Assembly: GCA_964510025.1 (NCBI GenBank) | Contig: CAZDZV010000009.1 | Coordinates: forward strand, 1-62,515 | From: an uncultured Methanosarcinales archaeon | GTDB lineage: Archaea; Nanobdellota; Nanobdellia; Woesearchaeales; DATDXC01 | Reading direction: 5' to 3' | DNA length: 62,515 bases | Shown: positions 38,629 through 47,943 of the stretch, piece by piece | Position numbering within the stretch: position 1 is the first letter of the stretch | Layout of the letters: each line of letters opens with the position of its first letter | The notes under the pieces: generated by a model | Seen by the model: the letters and a program-made list of their open reading frames with translations, nothing else | What the model was told of the DNA's origin: nothing | Databases searched by the model: none | Made by a program: the position numbers and the translations under genes

Positions 38629-40284
38629 CTAAATCTTCAGCTCTTTCTTCCAGAACCTGCAGATCATTTCAACCTTCTTTTCTGCTATCCCTGTGTATTT
38701 TTCAGGACTCTTCAGGATGTCTGTCTGGGTTTTAGTGAACTTAGATATGTAAGGCTTCAGTTTTTTATCCTTGAAGACTATCTCCCTGAAGGGTTTTCCG
38801 CTTTTCTGGCTCTTCAGGGTGATATCCCTTACATACTCATGCGCATCTGGATGGTTGTGGGCCGCCAGCAGTATATAGGCAGGCTCTGCTGTGATCATAT
38901 CCTTGTTGAGTTCAAAATTCCTCTTCAGGCTCTGCCTGTCGACGACCAGCTTGGCCATCACCCTGTTCAGCCTTGCAATGGAAACATATAATCCAGCCAG
39001 GATCTCAGGTATGAATCTTGAGGTTGCGCTGTTTGTCAGGTCCCTCTGATGCTCGCATATCTGGTCCATGTACACAGTTGACATCCTTGGCATGAATGCC
39101 TTCCACATTGACTTCACATTCTCAAAATTGATAGGGTTTCTCTTATGCGGCATCGTAGAGCTTCCCACCTGCTTGGCCCCGAAAGCCTCTGCCACCTCAG
39201 ATATCTCGCTCCTCTGCAGGTGCCTCATGTCATCCGCCAGGTTTGCAACCACCCCGAAAGAACTGGTTATTGAATGCATAAAATCTGCCATATACTCAGC
39301 TTCTACAACCTGGGTGGAGATGGGCGAAGCCTTTAGCTTGAGCTCTGACAGCACCGCTTTCTCGAAGCTTTCCGGATCCCTGAAGAACAGGGAAGATGCA
39401 TTATATGCGCCCACGGCGCCTGCGATCTTTCCCCTAAGGTTGTTTGCAGCTTTCTCTATAGATTTTATCCTTGTTCCGATTCTTGACACATATTGCGCTA
39501 TCGCAAACCCGAACGTGATGGGTTCAGCATGCTGTCCGTGCGTCCGGCCGATCTGTAGGGTGCTTTTTTCCGCCGTAGCCAGCCTGATCAGCGTCTTTTC
39601 AAGCTCGATCAGCTCAGGCAGAAGGACATCGTTGGAGAAGTCCTTGAACCTTGCAGCATCAGCTGTGCATATGATATCATGCGAGGTTGTCGTGAAATGA
39701 ACATAAGGCTTAGCCTTATCAGAAACCCTGTTCCGGATGGAATTTGCCAGCGCCCTGATATTATGCTTTATCCTGTCCTCCTCATCATAGACCTCCTGGG
39801 CTGTTATCCTTTTTGAAGCCTCTACTATCTCTTCTGCAACTGTCCTGCTGCATATCCCTTTCTTCGCCAGAGCCTTTGCCAGCGCAGCTTCCACCTTGGC
39901 CATATATCTTACCGCGCCTGCCTCTGAAAGGTATGGCTTAAGCTTGTCCTTGATCTTCTCTTTTCTGCCGTAATATCTGAAATCCAGCGAAGAAATATTG
40001 TCGAAGATGTCAACCCTCTCATTCTGGTTGCCTGATCCATCATCGCCCAGAAGCCCTTCGATAGGCTTTAGCAGCCTGTTCCTGTGGTTCAGCCTTATTA
40101 CAACCCTGTTCTTGTCCTTCGCTTCCCTGATCAGGTCATATCTCCTGAAGGTCTGCAGGGTATCGTGCACCTTTCCTGGGCTTATCTGCAGCCTTTCAGC
40201 AATCTCCCTCAGGTGCAGATCCTGCTTTTGCAGCAGTCTAAGCACCATAAGGTTTTTCTTGGTAAATATTCTTGAGATCTCCAT
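38629..40284 (-). CDS. purB: Adenylosuccinate lyase with N-terminal winged-HTH
   Basis: HFTTTSHDI, GRTHGQHAEP, GAVG, GSSTMPHKRNPINFE, HQRDLTNS; N-term LHLREIAERLQISPGKVHDTL. Confidence 0.92.
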   Translation of the reverse strand: MEISRIFTKKNLMVLRLLQKQDLHLREIAERLQISPGKVHDTLQTFRRYDLIREAKDKNRVVIRLNHRNRLLKPIEGLLGDDGSGNQNERVDIFDNISSLDFRYYGRKEKIKDKLKPYLSEAGAVRYMAKVEAALAKALAKKGICSRTVAEEIVEASKRITAQEVYDEEDRIKHNIRALANSIRNRVSDKAKPYVHFTTTSHDIICTADAARFKDFSNDVLLPELIELEKTLIRLATAEKSTLQIGRTHGQHAEPITFGFAIAQYVSRIGTRIKSIEKAANNLRGKIAGAVGAYNASSLFFRDPESFEKAVLSELKLKASPISTQVVEAEYMADFMHSITSSFGVVANLADDMRHLQRSEISEVAEAFGAKQVGSSTMPHKRNPINFENVKSMWKAFMPRMSTVYMDQICEHQRDLTNSATSRFIPEILAGLYVSIARLNRVMAKLVVDRQSLKRNFELNKDMITAEPAYILLAAHNHPDAHEYVRDITLKSQKSGKPFREIVFKDKKLKPYISKFTKTQTDILKSPEKYTGIAEKKVEMICRFWKKELKI

Positions 40285-40358
40285 AATGCTCACCTCGATA
40301 CTCAGATAAATGTTCAATATTTATAAACTTTTCTAGATTATAGCCTATATATTGTCTT

Positions 40359-41117
40359 TTATTTTAGAACATTTAGCACTTTCCTGTGCAGCTTTCCGTT
40401 CGAAGCAACATAGTCCTTTACATTTGATGTCCAGCTATTGCCGTTCACATCGCTGACCTGCCCGCCCGCCTCTTCCACGATCAGCAGGGCAGCTGAATGG
40501 TCCCATGGATTGCTGCTGAAGTCCACATTGAAACCTGCAAATCCCTCAGCGACAAGAAGGTTATGGTAGACAGAGACGCCAAATACCCTGAACCTCCAGG
40601 TAGATTTCGCCAGCTTGGCCAGCAGCCTGAGCTTTATCTTTGTCTTATCCCTTAGCTTCGCATCGAATATAAACAAGGATTTCCGTAAGCTGCCTTCACT
40701 GGATACATGTATCCTTGAGCTGTTGCAGTAGGCGCCCTTGTTCTTTTCTGCATGGTATAGCCGGTCGAGATAGGGGAAATACACCACACCCAGTATGATC
40801 TTTTTCTTATGCTCCAGCGCTATAGACACCCCGAACAGCGGATTGCCCATCAGAAAATTATGGGTGCCGTCCAGAGGGTCTACGATCCACCGGTATTCAG
40901 CTCCCTTGTTCTTTTCCCCTGATTCCTCATCAAAGAGTCCATGGCCCGGGTATTTCCCAAGCAGGATTCTTTCTATCCTCTTTGCGCTTTCGATATCTGA
41001 TTTTGATACAAGGCTGTCCCCTTTTTTCCACCTGGTAGATATCTCTTTCCTGAAATATCTCATGTGGATGCTGCCTGCCTCTTTCGCAGCCTTTATAGCA
41101 GTGTCTATGTATGCCAT
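40359..41117 (-). CDS. Inositol monophosphatase family protein
   Basis: EESG, WIVDPLDGTHNF, PWDHSAA.LIVEEAGG. Confidence 0.92.
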   Translation of the reverse strand: MAYIDTAIKAAKEAGSIHMRYFRKEISTRWKKGDSLVSKSDIESAKRIERILLGKYPGHGLFDEESGEKNKGAEYRWIVDPLDGTHNFLMGNPLFGVSIALEHKKKIILGVVYFPYLDRLYHAEKNKGAYCNSSRIHVSSEGSLRKSLFIFDAKLRDKTKIKLRLLAKLAKSTWRFRVFGVSVYHNLLVAEGFAGFNVDFSSNPWDHSAALLIVEEAGGQVSDVNGNSWTSNVKDYVASNGKLHRKVLNVLK

Positions 41118-41953
41118 CTTTTTTGCAGTTCCATGCATTCAACTGTATTTTCAAGCAGGCATGCTATGGTCATAGGCCCGACGCCTCCAGGTACAGGCGT
41201 TATGTACGACGCTACCCTGCTCACGCCCTTAAAATCAACGTCGCCCACAAGCTTTCCATCGACCTTGTTTGTGCCAACATCGATCACAACAGCACCTTTC
41301 TTGACCATGTCCTTATTTATGATCCCGGGCTTTCCTGCTGCCACTACCAGAATATCTGCCTCTCTTGTGTATCCAGCCAGCTCTGCTGTCCTGGAATGGC
41401 ACATCGTCACTGTGCAATTTTCCTGCTGCAGCAGGACAGATACAGGCTTGCCCACTATGTTGCTCCTTCCCACCACCACTGCGTGCTTTCCTTCTAGCTC
41501 AACATATGTTGATTTTATCAGCTTCATTATGCCCTTGGGCGTGGCTGGCACTATCATATTGTTCCCTATAAGAAGATTTCCCATATTGATGGGATTGAAG
41601 CCATCTGCATCCTTGTGGGGAAGGATCGCATCGATTATAAGATTGGAGTCTATATGCTGAGGCAATGGCAGCTGCACCAGCATCCCATGGATCTTTGGGT
41701 CATTGTTCAGCTCATCTATTATCCTGAGAAGCTCCTGTTCTGATGTTTCCTTGGCAAGCAAGATCTTTCTGGAATAGAAGCCCACTTCCCTGCATTTTTT
41801 TTCCTTCATATTAACATAGACCTGAGAAGCAGGATGATCGCCCACCAGCACCACTGCAAGCCCTGGCTTGATCTTAAGCTCATTTATTTTCTGCTTGAGA
41901 TCCTTTCTTATTCGCTCAGCCACCTTTTTTCCGTCTATTATCTTTGCAGCCAT
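41105..41953 (-). CDS. folD: Methylene-THF dehydrogenase/cyclohydrolase
   Basis: YVNMK, HGMLVQLPLP, KDADG, GRSNIVGKP, TPVPGGVGPMT. Confidence 0.96.
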   Translation of the reverse strand: MAAKIIDGKKVAERIRKDLKQKINELKIKPGLAVVLVGDHPASQVYVNMKEKKCREVGFYSRKILLAKETSEQELLRIIDELNNDPKIHGMLVQLPLPQHIDSNLIIDAILPHKDADGFNPINMGNLLIGNNMIVPATPKGIMKLIKSTYVELEGKHAVVVGRSNIVGKPVSVLLQQENCTVTMCHSRTAELAGYTREADILVVAAGKPGIINKDMVKKGAVVIDVGTNKVDGKLVGDVDFKGVSRVASYITPVPGGVGPMTIACLLENTVECMELQKRWHT

Positions 41954-42071
41954 ATTTAGAGTTTAACCTGCGTATTATTTAAATCTTGTTGTTGAGCTAA
42001 AAGATTTATTTATCACAAAAGGGTAGTAAAAAATAGAAAAATTTATATATATCAAAGCATGCCTAGTCTGT

Positions 42072-42362
42072 ATGAGAGCAAGTTCCATGGGAAATATCAG
42101 AACAGCGCTGGCTGTTGGACTATGCACAGTCACGCTGGCACTTTCTGGTTGTGATAATCGACAGCACCTGATACAGCTGGAACAGGGGCCAAAGGCAGGC
42201 CAGCACGTCGATCCCCACAGGTTTGTTAGGGATGGTGTAAGGGCCAGCAGGATGGACTATCAGGGCCAGACACCAGAAGGCTACATGGTATTTGAGCACA
42301 GGGGAAAAACATACGTCATAGATGTTTATTCTACAGAAGAAGAGCTGGATAATCAATATTAG
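42072..42362 (+). CDS. Small putative lipoprotein
   Basis: LALSGC lipobox-like; TTTATA box upstream. Confidence 0.6.
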   Translation: MRASSMGNIRTALAVGLCTVTLALSGCDNRQHLIQLEQGPKAGQHVDPHRFVRDGVRASRMDYQGQTPEGYMVFEHRGKTYVIDVYSTEEELDNQY

Positions 42363-42365
42363 CAT

Positions 42366-43379
42366 CTAGATGGCAGCGCTGGAAACCCATTTTCCAAGGC
42401 TGGAATCCACAAAAAAAGGCTGCTCCAGCTCCAGATTATTGAATATGCCTGCCACATCCACATAGCTGTCTCCGTTTGTATCATACGATGTTCTTGTCCC
42501 TCTCTCACGCGCGCAGTAGCAGTATGATCTTCCTGCAAGGTCCCAATCCACATAGAAATAAGCGCCTTTGCCATATCTGTTTTTGCAGTCTGTCTCGCAT
42601 TGCTTGCATTTATAGTTACTGCCTTTCTCTTCATAGTCTCTGCTGCATCCTGGATCCCTGTAGGGATCAGTGCACATCCTCGAGCAATATGTGGCAGTGT
42701 CATCTGTAAGGTAGCATCTGTAAGAATTATGATATCCAGGGTCTCTGCTGTCAAGCTCAGACCATGTTCCGGACCTTTTCACACATACATACCCTGCATA
42801 CGTGCTTCCCGACGGGCATATCCCGCCGTGTGCAACCACTTGTGACGAAGGGGTCTGTCCCTTGTGCTTCAGCCACTTCAGGTCTGAATCTGTTGCTCCG
42901 CCTTTTGCATTGCAGTCGCATCTGCATGGAGCGTTGACACAAACCCCATCTCTGCAGATGCTCCATAAGGAATTGTCCGCATAGTTGGAGGGCTGCCGGG
43001 GCTCTCTTACTGCAGAAGTGAAATAATAGCAGTCTATATATCCATCGTTTGCAACATCATCCTTGTCCCCTTCATCAAGAATGGCATCACCATCACAGTC
43101 TACGCCGTAGCTGGCATCATCCTTCCTGTTCTCATAGGTGCAGCCGGATCCATATGGGGATGTCACGCATGTGCCGCAGCTAATCTTGTTGTAATATGCA
43201 AGGCATACTTCTCCCCAGCGCATATATCGGCACTCATGCGGCGGAGGATCAGGGCATGTTGTTGTTGTGGCGAATATCATGGCTTCCCCTACTGTTGCCA
43301 TGCTGCTTTCGCTGAAAAAATAGTACACACCTATCCCGGCCGCTATGATTAAAACAGCAAAAAAAATCCCCTTAAGCAT
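42366..43379 (-). CDS. Cys-rich surface/secreted protein
   Basis: N-terminal TM anchor, many Cys, DCDGDAILDEGD Ca-binding-like motif. Confidence 0.7.
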   Translation of the reverse strand: MLKGIFFAVLIIAAGIGVYYFFSESSMATVGEAMIFATTTTCPDPPPHECRYMRWGEVCLAYYNKISCGTCVTSPYGSGCTYENRKDDASYGVDCDGDAILDEGDKDDVANDGYIDCYYFTSAVREPRQPSNYADNSLWSICRDGVCVNAPCRCDCNAKGGATDSDLKWLKHKGQTPSSQVVAHGGICPSGSTYAGYVCVKRSGTWSELDSRDPGYHNSYRCYLTDDTATYCSRMCTDPYRDPGCSRDYEEKGSNYKCKQCETDCKNRYGKGAYFYVDWDLAGRSYCYCARERGTRTSYDTNGDSYVDVAGIFNNLELEQPFFVDSSLGKWVSSAAI

Positions 43380-43474
43380 ATTATGCCCTATAGCCTGTCA
43401 ATTATATAAATTTTGCTCTTTACATTCTTTAACAGGCCAAAAAATTTATAAATGACTATCTTTTGCCTAGGATC

Positions 43475-44638
43475 ATGAAAATAGAGCCTTCAGATAGGAT
43501 AAAGGGCCTTGGCAGCTATGCGTTCGCCGATGTGGATGAAGAGGTCGCAAAGCTGAAGAAGGCTGGCATAGAGCCGATCGACTTCGGTGTGGGCGACCCG
43601 AAACAACCTACCCCTGGAGCGATAAGGAACTACTGCAAACGTGCTATTGATAAGCGGAAGTTTTCAGGCTATCCCAGCTACATTGGCACCAGTGACTACA
43701 GGGGATCGATAGCCAAATGGACAAAGGAGAGGTTTGGTGTTTCCCTGGATCCTGAAAAGGAGATAACCTCTACGATTGGCGCAAAAGAGGCTGTATTCAA
43801 CTTCCACGAGGGCCTGATAAACCCTGGAGACTATGTGATAATGCCCAATCCAGGATACCCGCCGTATGAAAGGGGCACATTGTTTGCAGAGGGCAGGCCA
43901 TATTTCTATTCGCTGTCGAAAGATAATGGTTTTCTTCCTGATCTGGAATCGATACAGGATAAGATAAGAAAAAAAGCAAAGCTGATGTGGATCAACTATC
44001 CGAACAACCCGACCGGCGCTGCAATATCCCGGGATAAGCTGAAGGAAATCGTGGATTTTGGGCAGGATAACAGGATAATAATCGGTTCTGACGAATGCTA
44101 TACTGAGATATATTTTGAAGAGAAGCCGCTGTCCATCTTAGAAATAACCAGGGAGGATGTGTTCGTCATCCAAAGCCTGTCAAAGAGGTCAGCCATGACG
44201 ACATACAGGGTAGGCTGGCTTGCTGGAGACAGCAGGATTGTCGACATCTTCAAGAAAGTGAAGACAAACATAGATTCAGGCACGCCCACTTTTATCCAGG
44301 ATGCTGCAGCAGCTGCCCTGCTTGATGAGACCCATGTGGATCTCTTCAGAAAAGAATATAAGAAGAAAAGAGACATAATGTGCGATGCATTGGTGTCGGC
44401 AGGCCTGGAGGACTGCAGGCCTGATGCCACCCTGTACATCTGGCAGAAGACACCTGATGTCAGTTCTGTTGATTTCGCCAAGAGGCTACTCTCCGAGATA
44501 GCTATCGTGACCACGCCTGGCTCATGGATCTCAAGAGATGTTGATGGCATCAATCCAGGCGAAGGCTATGTAAGGTTTGCGCTAGTGCCTTCCATATCTG
44601 AATGCAGGAAAGCTGCAGAACGGATCAGGAACCTTTAG
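43475..44638 (+). CDS. Class I/II PLP aminotransferase (LL-diaminopimelate aminotransferase-like)
   Basis: DFGVGDP, GAKEA, NYPNNPTGA, DECY, SLSK...YRVG, GEGYVRFAL. Confidence 0.9.
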   Translation: MKIEPSDRIKGLGSYAFADVDEEVAKLKKAGIEPIDFGVGDPKQPTPGAIRNYCKRAIDKRKFSGYPSYIGTSDYRGSIAKWTKERFGVSLDPEKEITSTIGAKEAVFNFHEGLINPGDYVIMPNPGYPPYERGTLFAEGRPYFYSLSKDNGFLPDLESIQDKIRKKAKLMWINYPNNPTGAAISRDKLKEIVDFGQDNRIIIGSDECYTEIYFEEKPLSILEITREDVFVIQSLSKRSAMTTYRVGWLAGDSRIVDIFKKVKTNIDSGTPTFIQDAAAAALLDETHVDLFRKEYKKKRDIMCDALVSAGLEDCRPDATLYIWQKTPDVSSVDFAKRLLSEIAIVTTPGSWISRDVDGINPGEGYVRFALVPSISECRKAAERIRNL

Positions 44639-45209
44639 CAATATAGCCCACAGCTGCTGCCAGCGGCGCATTTGTTCTTGCGATGTTTCCCAGCATGCCG
44701 ATCTCTATCATTTTTGTATCCTTGAAATCTGGATTACCAGGGACAACATATATGACCTGTCCATCTTTTTCCAGCCTATTGTCAGCAGGCAGAAGATCCC
44801 CTACCTTTATGGAATCTGGCACTTCTGCCAGCAGGTATCTTGTCTGTTCTGGTTCAGCTGCAACAGGCCTTTTCAATCTGGCATAGAGCCTTCTGATAAG
44901 CGTGTCCCTTCTTTCCTTTGTCTTCTTTTCAACAACCTTTCCGACAAGATATGCCTTGACTTCACCTTCTCTCCTTATATATATGATCTTAGAACCATCC
45001 AATTCAACCTCTTCAGGAAAAAGATCCTGCAATCCTTCAGTGTCATAAAGCCTCAGAAAGGTCTTGCTTCCTGTTCCATACCTTACTGCAAATTTATTGA
45101 GGTCCAGGCCGCCAAATGTCTCTTCTGCTGCAGCTACCAGGCTTTCCGAAAACTGCGCTGTTAATCCGGGCACATCTCCCTTCTGCTCGAAGGTAAGTTC
45201 TTGTGCCAT
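44625..45209 (-). CDS. Hypothetical protein
   Basis: 194-aa ORF. Confidence 0.65.
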   Translation of the reverse strand: MAQELTFEQKGDVPGLTAQFSESLVAAAEETFGGLDLNKFAVRYGTGSKTFLRLYDTEGLQDLFPEEVELDGSKIIYIRREGEVKAYLVGKVVEKKTKERRDTLIRRLYARLKRPVAAEPEQTRYLLAEVPDSIKVGDLLPADNRLEKDGQVIYVVPGNPDFKDTKMIEIGMLGNIARTNAPLAAAVGYIAKGS

Positions 45210-45228
45210 TGGCTATGAGAATATGTTT

Positions 45229-46020
45229 TTAAAAAGGTTGCGGCAGGTACCCTATAGTGACGCCAACAGGGACAGGACACGGCCTCACTGTTGCTGCCCC
45301 GCTCAACGCCTGAGCCAGCACCCCATCATACCTTTGCACCCTTGCCAGCGCTGCCTCGACCATAACCTTTAGTGTTCCGTAAAATCCAATCCTTCTTATC
45401 CCCAGCTCCTGCGCTGCCTGCCGGGCAGCATCTCCAGCTGCACGATGTTCCACCCCTTCCATCATATAGGCTCTTCTCACCTCTGGTTGGCTGGCTGCTT
45501 CCCTTTCTATCTCCAGCCTTGCATCCAGACCCACTATCCTAAGCCCAAGCGCCTCTTCAGCAGGCATACAACCCATAGCTTCGCTCATCAAACCAAGATA
45601 GTCGCTGTTAGCCTGCCGGCCGAGCAGCTGCCTAAGCAGCCAGGTTATATCCTCCTGCCTGTCATGCGCAGCTGTCACCAGCCTGCAGACAGCATCCTCG
45701 CCTGCTGATTGTACCAGCCTGTAAGCTGGCTCAAAAGCAGCTGGCTTAAGGTGTGTGTCAATAGAAGCAGGATTTCTTGCAGCAAACCAGGCAGCATCTC
45801 TCCCGTATACCACGCCTTTGCAAACAACCTGAAGTTTACCAAGCAGCATATCTGAAGATTCATCCAGCGCATAAGACAGCACCAGCGCAGCCTGTTCTAC
45901 CACACCCCTGCCCATCACGCTTCTTTGCCTTTCCAAAGCTGCAGCTATCGCTTCCTTATCCTCTGCCCAGGGGAAATAGCTATCTACAAGACCACCAGCA
46001 TCGAACTTTCTGAACCACAT
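45229..46020 (-). CDS. Hypothetical protein
   Basis: 263-aa Ala-rich ORF. Confidence 0.6.
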   Translation of the reverse strand: MWFRKFDAGGLVDSYFPWAEDKEAIAAALERQRSVMGRGVVEQAALVLSYALDESSDMLLGKLQVVCKGVVYGRDAAWFAARNPASIDTHLKPAAFEPAYRLVQSAGEDAVCRLVTAAHDRQEDITWLLRQLLGRQANSDYLGLMSEAMGCMPAEEALGLRIVGLDARLEIEREAASQPEVRRAYMMEGVEHRAAGDAARQAAQELGIRRIGFYGTLKVMVEAALARVQRYDGVLAQALSGAATVRPCPVPVGVTIGYLPQPF

Positions 46021-46059
46021 TGTTAGAGCACCAAAAAATAGCCCTATTTCCCTTGCCTT

Positions 46060-46989
46060 TTATAAACCTTTAGAAAGCGCAAGATAGACAGCTCCCCTCA
46101 ATCCTGGCTCAGCTACCGAAGTCTTCACTATCCTGGGCATCTCCAGGCCGTCCATAAGCATGTCAGGCACCTGCTTTTTTATAGGGTCAAGAATCTGTCC
46201 CTCATTCTTTAGTATGGACTCGCCAAAAAAGATGGCTTCTGGATCGAATATTGTGATCAGATTGGCTACAGCCACAGAGTTATAGTGTGAGATGTCTTCA
46301 ACTATCTTTTTGGCCAGTATATCCCCTTTTGCAGCTGCATCAAACACGTCCTTGGAGGTTATCTCCTTGATGTTCCTCAATACCCCCTTATCGTACTGGT
46401 ACATCGACCTTTTTGCTGTCCTGGCTATTGCCCAGCCTGATGAATATGCTTCCCAATGCCCCTTCCTGCCGCAGCTGCATCCTGCCTCATCAGCCACTAT
46501 GCTGTGGCCTATCTCTGATGCAAAGCCATGGAAGCCAGTGTACAGCCTGCCGCCTATTATTATGCCTCCGCCTATCCCTGATCCCATAACAACATAGATG
46601 ATATTTTTCATGCCTTTTGCCTTCGGGTCAAGCTTATAGACCCCAAGCGCAGCTGCATTTCCATCGTTAAGCAGCCTGAACGGGACCTTGAACCCCCTAA
46701 GGCCTTTCTTCAGGTCTATGTTTTTTGCATCTTTTATATTGGGCGAATGGACAACTATGCCCTTCCTGCTGTCGCATATGCCTGCATGGCTTCCGCCTAT
46801 TGCAGCCAGCTTCGGCCTCCGCAAACCTTTCATCATCTCCTGTATAGCTTCTGTTATCATACCAGGGATATCCTTTCCAGACACATCCCTTGTTGGCCGG
46901 TTCTGCCTTGTCAATATCCTGCCTTTAGAATCAGCCAGCGCAAACCTGGCATTTGTACCGCCTATATCAAATGCTGCGATGCACTTCAT
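46060..46989 (-). CDS. ROK family sugar kinase (glucokinase)
   Basis: DIGGTN, NDGNAAALG, GSGIGGG, EIGH, CSCGRKGHWEA. Confidence 0.92.
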   Translation of the reverse strand: MKCIAAFDIGGTNARFALADSKGRILTRQNRPTRDVSGKDIPGMITEAIQEMMKGLRRPKLAAIGGSHAGICDSRKGIVVHSPNIKDAKNIDLKKGLRGFKVPFRLLNDGNAAALGVYKLDPKAKGMKNIIYVVMGSGIGGGIIIGGRLYTGFHGFASEIGHSIVADEAGCSCGRKGHWEAYSSGWAIARTAKRSMYQYDKGVLRNIKEITSKDVFDAAAKGDILAKKIVEDISHYNSVAVANLITIFDPEAIFFGESILKNEGQILDPIKKQVPDMLMDGLEMPRIVKTSVAEPGLRGAVYLALSKGL

Positions 46990-47234
46990 ACCCCTTCCTT
47001 ATGCGCTTTAGTTTAAATAATTTTCTTTAATTACAGCTTCATGGGCGGATGGCCTCATCAGCAGTGGCTGTTTGTTTCCCAATCAGGGAAACTTCGCTTT
47101 TGACATCAAATCTCTACATCAATAAAACTACGCTTAATGGGTGATAATTTGAATATTACTCGAAAAACCTTAATTATTGAAAGAAGCCTAGACCTAACGA
47201 AAAATTTATATACAATGTATCTAATTTACAAATT

Positions 47235-47663
47235 ATGTTTGATGATTCATTCGCACCAAAAAGAGGAAGAAAAAATTCTAATCCACTTGAAGGAGGTTTA
47301 GATTTCGTATTAGGTCCTAAAAAAGAAGCCAAACCCAAAAGGCAACCAACTAAAACTTCTCAGAAAGCTGCTGTTTTTGATAAACAAAATGGCAAATGTT
47401 ATCGATGTAAGAAAAAATTAAAATTGGGTCATACTGATTATCATCATCTCAAATTTGTAAGCAAAGGAGGTAAGACTACTAGAGATAATCTAGTAGCTTT
47501 ATGTGCAAATTGTCATAGGGAAATACATGTTGAAGAAAAAGCAAAAAAAGCTGATAAAAAAGCTAAAACAACAAAAAAAGATGATTCTCCTTTAGGTGGA
47601 AGCATTTTTGGTGCACCTCCTAAACGAAGAAAATCTAAAGGTTTATTTGATTTTGGATTTTAA
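47235..47663 (+). CDS. HNH endonuclease
   Basis: CYRC...DYHHLKFVSKGGKTTRDNLVALCANCHREIH. Confidence 0.88.
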   Translation: MFDDSFAPKRGRKNSNPLEGGLDFVLGPKKEAKPKRQPTKTSQKAAVFDKQNGKCYRCKKKLKLGHTDYHHLKFVSKGGKTTRDNLVALCANCHREIHVEEKAKKADKKAKTTKKDDSPLGGSIFGAPPKRRKSKGLFDFGF

Positions 47664-47943
47664 CGGTCTGGGCTTTTAATTCTATATTTTGATTGTGCTT
47701 CGCACTTGAAGAACGGGTTTCTCTGCATCATACTGTGCCTACGCTTCGCTTCGGCATTTTTTCTTGCAGAAAGAACACATAACAGCGCGATGCTAGCCAA
47801 AATATTACTCGGGGTACACAATATAATTTTTTTTACAAAGAAGGGGGCCACTCAGTAAGGCACTTCGTGCTTAATGTATTTCTTCAAAGAATCGGGGGCA
47901 TTAGATAAAAATTAAAATGGATAGTTTCGGGGGCTTTACTATA

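Noticed and set aside
38487..38735. ORFs in the purM-purB gap
   Set aside because: Short, without motifs, and partly antisense to purB.
3047..46900. Numerous 60-210-aa ORFs antisense to or in alternative frames of recognised genes
   Set aside because: Shadow ORFs of well-supported coding regions, with no independent motifs.
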